A DNA stretch of 64,000 nucleotides, from contig JAHQWK010000008.1 of the NCBI GenBank assembly GCA_029856145.1, positions 64,001 to 128,000 on the forward strand. The letters are read 5' to 3'. Shown here piece after piece: positions 59,473-64,000 of this stretch (within the stretch, counting starts at the first letter, position 1; each line of letters opens with the position of its first letter). A program made the position numbers and the translations under genes. The notes beneath the pieces are model-generated. The model saw nothing but the letters and a program-made list of their open reading frames with translations. It made no database searches and was not told the DNA's origin. The DNA is from Promethearchaeia archaeon. GTDB taxonomy: Archaea > Asgardarchaeota > Lokiarchaeia > Sigyniarchaeales > SOKP01.

Positions 59473-59967
59473 ATGAAATTTTTAGTTGATTCAATGCTGG
59501 GCAAATTAACCCGGTTCTTGCGTATTTTTGGATATGACACAATATACGCAAATGATCTAATAAATTTTTTTAATATAAATCCCGTTCCTGATGAACTGTT
59601 AATTGATTATGCGAGTAAGGATAACAGAATTATCATTACAAAAGACTTTCCTTTGTATATGCGTTATAAAGATAAAAGTATATTTCTTAAGGGTGAAGGT
59701 ATATATAATTACCTTCATCAGCTCAATAAGCAGTTTGGGATAAAGTTTGAATTTAGCTTTAAACAAGCTAGATGTTCAATATGTAATTCACAGTTAGAAA
59801 GAGTTACAAATAAGATTTCAATAAAAAGTGATGTTTTAAAAGAAACATATAATCACTTCAATGAATTCTATCAATGTTCAAACCTTCAATGTAAAAAAGT
59901 GTACTGGCAAGGCTCTCATATTGAAGATATTCAATATAAATTAGGTAAAACTCTAGAATTTGATTAA
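59473..59967 (+). CDS. Mut7-C RNase domain protein
   Basis: FLVDSMLGKLTRFLRIFGYD, RCSICN, CKKVYWQGSH. Confidence 0.92.
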   Translation: MKFLVDSMLGKLTRFLRIFGYDTIYANDLINFFNINPVPDELLIDYASKDNRIIITKDFPLYMRYKDKSIFLKGEGIYNYLHQLNKQFGIKFEFSFKQARCSICNSQLERVTNKISIKSDVLKETYNHFNEFYQCSNLQCKKVYWQGSHIEDIQYKLGKTLEFD

Positions 59968-59972
59968 AATAT

Positions 59973-60200
59973 TTATTTTTTAAAATACTTTTCTTTGATT
60001 TCTAAGAATCTTTGTTTTGTCTTTTCAGCAAGTTCAGTATAATTCCCCTTCTTATACATTGCATAGGCTTGATTTAATAATTCAAGACATTTACGATATT
60101 CTATATTCTTGAAATGATTTTCAGAAAGAGACACTAAGTAGTCTCCTTTTTTTTTATAAAATTCGATAAATTGCTCCGATGTATCAATTTTCCTATCCAT
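59973..60200 (-). CDS. Small TPR-like hypothetical protein
   Basis: Helical ORF with ATG start. Confidence 0.6.
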   Translation of the reverse strand: MDRKIDTSEQFIEFYKKKGDYLVSLSENHFKNIEYRKCLELLNQAYAMYKKGNYTELAEKTKQRFLEIKEKYFKK

Positions 60201-60279
60201 TCTATTTTAACTATCCGAAATTTGAATTTAAATATATGATATCTTATATTGTTAATCATAATAAATTAACTATTGAAGA

Positions 60280-60698
60280 TAGTTAAAAAAATCAGCATAC
60301 CTTAAAACATGGCTTACCTCCAGAATTCTACCTGGCTCCTCTACTTTCTGCACTATTTTAATACAATCAGTTAACCTATTTGCCATCGGATTTTCTAACA
60401 AAACATGATATCCTTTTTCTAATGTTAATAAAGTATGCTCTGTGTGCATCTGGTCACGAGTAAAAATAAATGCAACATCAACGAACTTTTTCTTAGAAAG
60501 TAAATTCTCCCAACTTTCAAAATATCTTTCAGAAGGGATGTAATGTAATTTTGCAAAATTCTCACGTCTATTTTTTATAGGTTCTGCTACAGCAACAATT
60601 TTCAGTTTTTTTTTATTTTTTATAGCATAATTTCCATAGACATAAAATCTTCTTCTTCCAGTTCACAATAAAACTGCTGTAACTGGCAATCTCATCAT
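60280..60698 (-). pseudogene. Gfo/Idh/MocA oxidoreductase pseudogene
   Basis: MMRLPVTAVLL*TGRR, frameshift in an A-run, then KIVAVAEP...GYHVLLENPMA...HVLRY; 3' half absent. Confidence 0.8.
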
Positions 60699-60792
60699 AA
60701 AAACCAAAAGAATTAACTTAATAGATAGTAGAATTGAGTTTAAAAATATAATATATTTAATTTAATCGATTAAATTCTGATTTTATACTTTA

Positions 60793-61044
60793 TTAATCAA
60801 TCTCTCTCTTACTTTTAAGATTTTCAAGTTGTTCTCTATAAGTAAAAACAGTTTTGGCTATCTCTCCCAAATATTCAGCGGGATTCATAGTTTTTCCACA
60901 TTTGCTACATTTGAAGTCAAGCATTCCATCGATTGAAATTAGTGTTCCATTTTCACAATGAGCACATTGTTCAAATGACCATCTGTCTATAATTTTTATA
61001 ATATCTTCGATGAATTTTTCTTGGTTTAGTTTAGGCATGATCAT
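60793..61044 (-). CDS. Small Zn-ribbon protein
   Basis: CAHC...CSKCG. Confidence 0.7.
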   Translation of the reverse strand: MIMPKLNQEKFIEDIIKIIDRWSFEQCAHCENGTLISIDGMLDFKCSKCGKTMNPAEYLGEIAKTVFTYREQLENLKSKREID

Positions 61045-61119
61045 TCACTTATTATTACACTCCAAATTATTAGTATTTTTAATTTTTTATTTTGGATTTT
61101 CATGATTGTAAATATCCCT

Positions 61120-62235
61120 TTAAGATTTTAAAACCCTGGGAATGAATCCTTCAAGCAGTAAAATGTCAAGTAAAACATTCGCAATCATAGCCTCTATAAC
61201 TGGGATCACTCTAGGTACTATACATGGGTCGTGTCGTCCTGAAAATTCAATTTCTACATTTTTCTTCGTTTCAATATTAACAGTTTTCTGAAGAATACCT
61301 ATAGAAGCAGTTGGTTTAACTGCAACAGTAAATTCAATTGGCATGCCTGTTGAAATTCCCCCGATAATTCCGCCAGCATCATTCTTAGTGGTTTGGACTT
61401 TCCCGTCCTTTATAATCCACGGGTCATTATGTTCAGAACCTTTCATTTTAGCCGCTTTAAAGCCAGCACCAAACTCTATCGCTTTTATCGCAGGAATCGC
61501 AAAAATCGCCTTACTAATGTTTGACTCAATACTATTGAATATAGGACCTCCCTTCCCCACGGGAAAATTTATAACTATACATTTTATAGTTCCGCCGATA
61601 GAATCTCTTTGTTTTTTAACCGTTTCGATTAATAACTCCATTGATTTTGATTTTTCCTGGTCAATTGCTCCAATAAGAGATTTTTCTCTTAACTCAAATG
61701 ATTTTTTAATCTCTTTTAGAGAATATTCTCTTTTATCAATAATGTTTCCAATACTTTTAGTATAAGCAAAAATCATGATTTCATATTTTTTTAAAATTTG
61801 TTTAGCGATAGCCCCTGCCATTACAAACCCTGCTGTAATTCTCCCAGAAAAACGGCCTGATCCACGTGGATCAGAGAATCCACGATATTTTCTTAATGCA
61901 GTATAATCAATATGTGATGGACGTAAAAAATTTCGATATTTTTCATATACTGATGAATCGATGTCTTTATTTTCAATTATTAAACAGAGAGGGGCTCCTG
62001 TTGTTTTATTTTCGAAAACACCTGACAACACTTTAACTTGTTCTTCTTCAAGACGAGGAGTTGTTAAATGTGATTGGCCTGGTTTTCTTCTATCAATTTC
62101 CCTTTGGATAAATTTTAAATCAAACTCTAATCCAGCGGGTACTCCATCTATTATAATTCCTACTAATTCTCCATGACTTTCTCCAAATGAAGTTATTCTA
62201 AAGATAGAACCAAATGAATTATCCAAATTTTTCAC
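61120..62235 (-). CDS. aroC: Chorismate synthase
   Basis: FGESHG, RPSHID, SGRFSGR, GRHDPC. Confidence 0.96.
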   Translation of the reverse strand: MKNLDNSFGSIFRITSFGESHGELVGIIIDGVPAGLEFDLKFIQREIDRRKPGQSHLTTPRLEEEQVKVLSGVFENKTTGAPLCLIIENKDIDSSVYEKYRNFLRPSHIDYTALRKYRGFSDPRGSGRFSGRITAGFVMAGAIAKQILKKYEIMIFAYTKSIGNIIDKREYSLKEIKKSFELREKSLIGAIDQEKSKSMELLIETVKKQRDSIGGTIKCIVINFPVGKGGPIFNSIESNISKAIFAIPAIKAIEFGAGFKAAKMKGSEHNDPWIIKDGKVQTTKNDAGGIIGGISTGMPIEFTVAVKPTASIGILQKTVNIETKKNVEIEFSGRHDPCIVPRVIPVIEAMIANVLLDILLLEGFIPRVLKS

Positions 62236-62316
62236 GTCTATTGTGGATTAATAATACAATAGTCTTTCTTGATTATTTAATTAATATTATATCTATTACT
62301 TTCTATTTATTACTTA

Positions 62317-63633
62317 ATGAATTTTAAAATTAATCCAATAACTAACAGTTTAAATGGTGAGATCACAGCACCCGGATCTAAAAGCTATTCACATAGAGCC
62401 TTTATTGCCGCTAGTCTAGCTGAGGGTATTTCAATAATTAAAAAGCCCTTAACGAGTGGAGATGTCGCGTTTACCGTAAATATCTTAAAATCATTAGGAG
62501 TAAGAATTCTAAGAAGAAGCGATAATACATATATTATCAAGCGTGATAAAGATGCGTACAAACCCCTCAAAAAACCTTTTGATTGTGGAAATTCAGGTAC
62601 AACTCTAAGGATCTTCAGTGCTTTAAGTTTAATAATCGAAGGAGGACTTACACTGAAAGGAGATTTTTTAAGTCTTCAAAGACCAATAATACCTCTACTA
62701 AATTCATTACAACAATTAGGTGCGGATTTCAATTTATCAAAAAAGAAACTTAAAATTAAACGAATTAGTGAAGGATGTAATAAAGTTAAGATTCAAGGAG
62801 ATTTGAGTTCCCAGTTTTTAACTGCATTGCTCATATTATGTCCTCAATTAAAATGCAAAAAGCAAGATTATATCGAAATCGAACTTACATCTCCATTAGT
62901 CTCTAAACCTTTTGTAGAAATCACATTAGACGTATTAGATGTGTTCGGAATAAATATTCAAGCTAATTTCGAAACTAGAAAATTTTACATCACGAATGAA
63001 CAAAATTATCGTTCCCAGTCTTACGATATACCCGGAGATTTCTCTTCTGCAGCAAATATTATTGCTGCAGCAGTCTTGTCCAAAAAGCCATCATCAGTGA
63101 TTATTAATAATCTTACTTTTAAAAATAAACAAGGAGACAAAAAAATAGTTGAGATTCTAGAAAAAATGGGAGCAAATATCAAAATTAATAAAGATAATCA
63201 TCAGGTTATCATAAATGGGGAATTAACAGACAATCAATTAAAAGGAATTGAACTTGATTGCACTGACGTTCCAGATTTGTTTCCAATATTATCTGTTATT
63301 GGTGCTTTTGCCAAGGGAAAAACCATTCTTCATAATGCATCTAATCTACGATTAAAAGAAACTGATAGAATAACTACCATGGCTAGAGAATTAAAGAAGA
63401 TGGGAGTTAAAGTTATTGAAGAAGATGATAAATTGACAATATTTCATTGTGATAAACTTAACGGAACTACAATAAATCATAATAATGATCACAGAATTGC
63501 AATGGCATGCACTATAGCAGCTTTATATGCAGATTCTAGTTCATATATACAAAGTAGCGAAATTGTAAAAGATTCATATCCTTCTTTTTTTGAAGATTTG
63601 AAAGAATTAGGCGTCCAATTAGAAGCAGTTTGA
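62317..63633 (+). CDS. aroA: EPSP synthase
   Basis: PGSKSYSHR, GNSGTT, SSQF, LRLKETDRI, DHRIAM. Confidence 0.96.
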   Translation: MNFKINPITNSLNGEITAPGSKSYSHRAFIAASLAEGISIIKKPLTSGDVAFTVNILKSLGVRILRRSDNTYIIKRDKDAYKPLKKPFDCGNSGTTLRIFSALSLIIEGGLTLKGDFLSLQRPIIPLLNSLQQLGADFNLSKKKLKIKRISEGCNKVKIQGDLSSQFLTALLILCPQLKCKKQDYIEIELTSPLVSKPFVEITLDVLDVFGINIQANFETRKFYITNEQNYRSQSYDIPGDFSSAANIIAAAVLSKKPSSVIINNLTFKNKQGDKKIVEILEKMGANIKINKDNHQVIINGELTDNQLKGIELDCTDVPDLFPILSVIGAFAKGKTILHNASNLRLKETDRITTMARELKKMGVKVIEEDDKLTIFHCDKLNGTTINHNNDHRIAMACTIAALYADSSSYIQSSEIVKDSYPSFFEDLKELGVQLEAV

Positions 63634-63644
63634 GCGTTTATAAC

Positions 63645-64000
63645 TTATCTAAACGACTTTTGACGTCGAGCCCTAGCTTTTTTGCCTCCAAATTTTTTTG
63701 GCTCTGTCCTTCTAGAATCACCAGATAATAGAGAATCATCATATTCTCTAAGGGTTTTCTCAATTGTTTTTGTACCAATAAACTTATTAATAGATTTAGC
63801 TATTGCTATCCGAACTGCATCTGTTTGACCCATGATCCCACCACCCTTAACCTTGACATTGATATCACATTTTTCAAGCTTAGGATGATTAATAATTTCT
63901 AGGACTTCTTGAATTCTCAATCTTGCAATTTCAGGTTCATATAATTGTAAAAGAACATTATTTATCTTTACTTGGCCTTTTGCGGGATGTTTTAAAATAG
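63645..64000 (-). CDS. rps9: 30S ribosomal protein uS9, 3' part (start lies outside the window)
   Basis: VKGGGIMGQTDAVRIAIAK, RRTEPKKFGGKKARARRQKSFR. Confidence 0.95.
   Translation of the reverse strand, partial: ILKHPAKGQVKINNVLLQLYEPEIARLRIQEVLEIINHPKLEKCDINVKVKGGGIMGQTDAVRIAIAKSINKFIGTKTIEKTLREYDDSLLSGDSRRTEPKKFGGKKARARRQKSFR

Noticed and set aside
60660-60670. In-frame TGA in the Gfo/Idh/MocA gene as Sec or readthrough
   Set aside because: It replaces a Rossmann-motif Gly and is accompanied by a frameshift and truncation, so this is a pseudogene.
500-62570. Numerous antisense or overlapping ORFs in the track (e.g. 6876-7319, 19022-19426, 32036-32467, 42352-43020, 61343-61765)
   Set aside because: Shadow frames opposite well-supported genes, with no recognisable motifs.

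Overview
Very AT-rich archaeal chromosome segment, most consistent with an Asgard archaeon (Lokiarchaeia-like): Rab-like GTPase, gelsolin-like domain, SDS22-type LRR proteins, Loki-CTERM-like surface proteins, aEF-1beta, Sm, RIO2 and uS9. 1-11 kb is one minus-strand hdrC-hdrB-frhB-hdrA(split)-mvhD-hdrA(fused)-mvhD-flxC-flxB electron-bifurcation operon. 31-64 kb is mostly core genes (lrp, mutL/mutS, 2-oxoacid:ferredoxin oxidoreductase, RIO2, Sm, PPP phosphatase, N6-adenine MTase, Clp1-like kinase, aroC/aroA, rps9). The region 11.8-29.8 kb is a variable hotspot with unusual architecture. (i) A ~110-bp element containing a ~74-nt imperfect hairpin occurs as 5 full and 3 partial copies between cargo genes (ferredoxin/Mo-oxidoreductase, surface protein, dprA-comF, two LRR genes). 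(ii) The 3' ends of two resident genes are repeated as start-less, synonymously diverged stubs: lpdA twice, breaking at the same codon, and an 88-aa gene three times. (iii) Several other orphan 3' stubs sit back-to-back at module junctions. No integrase or transposase is present in the window. This looks like a cassette-stacking or gene-end-anchored capture system and is the best candidate for an undescribed system; the mechanism is inferred, not shown.
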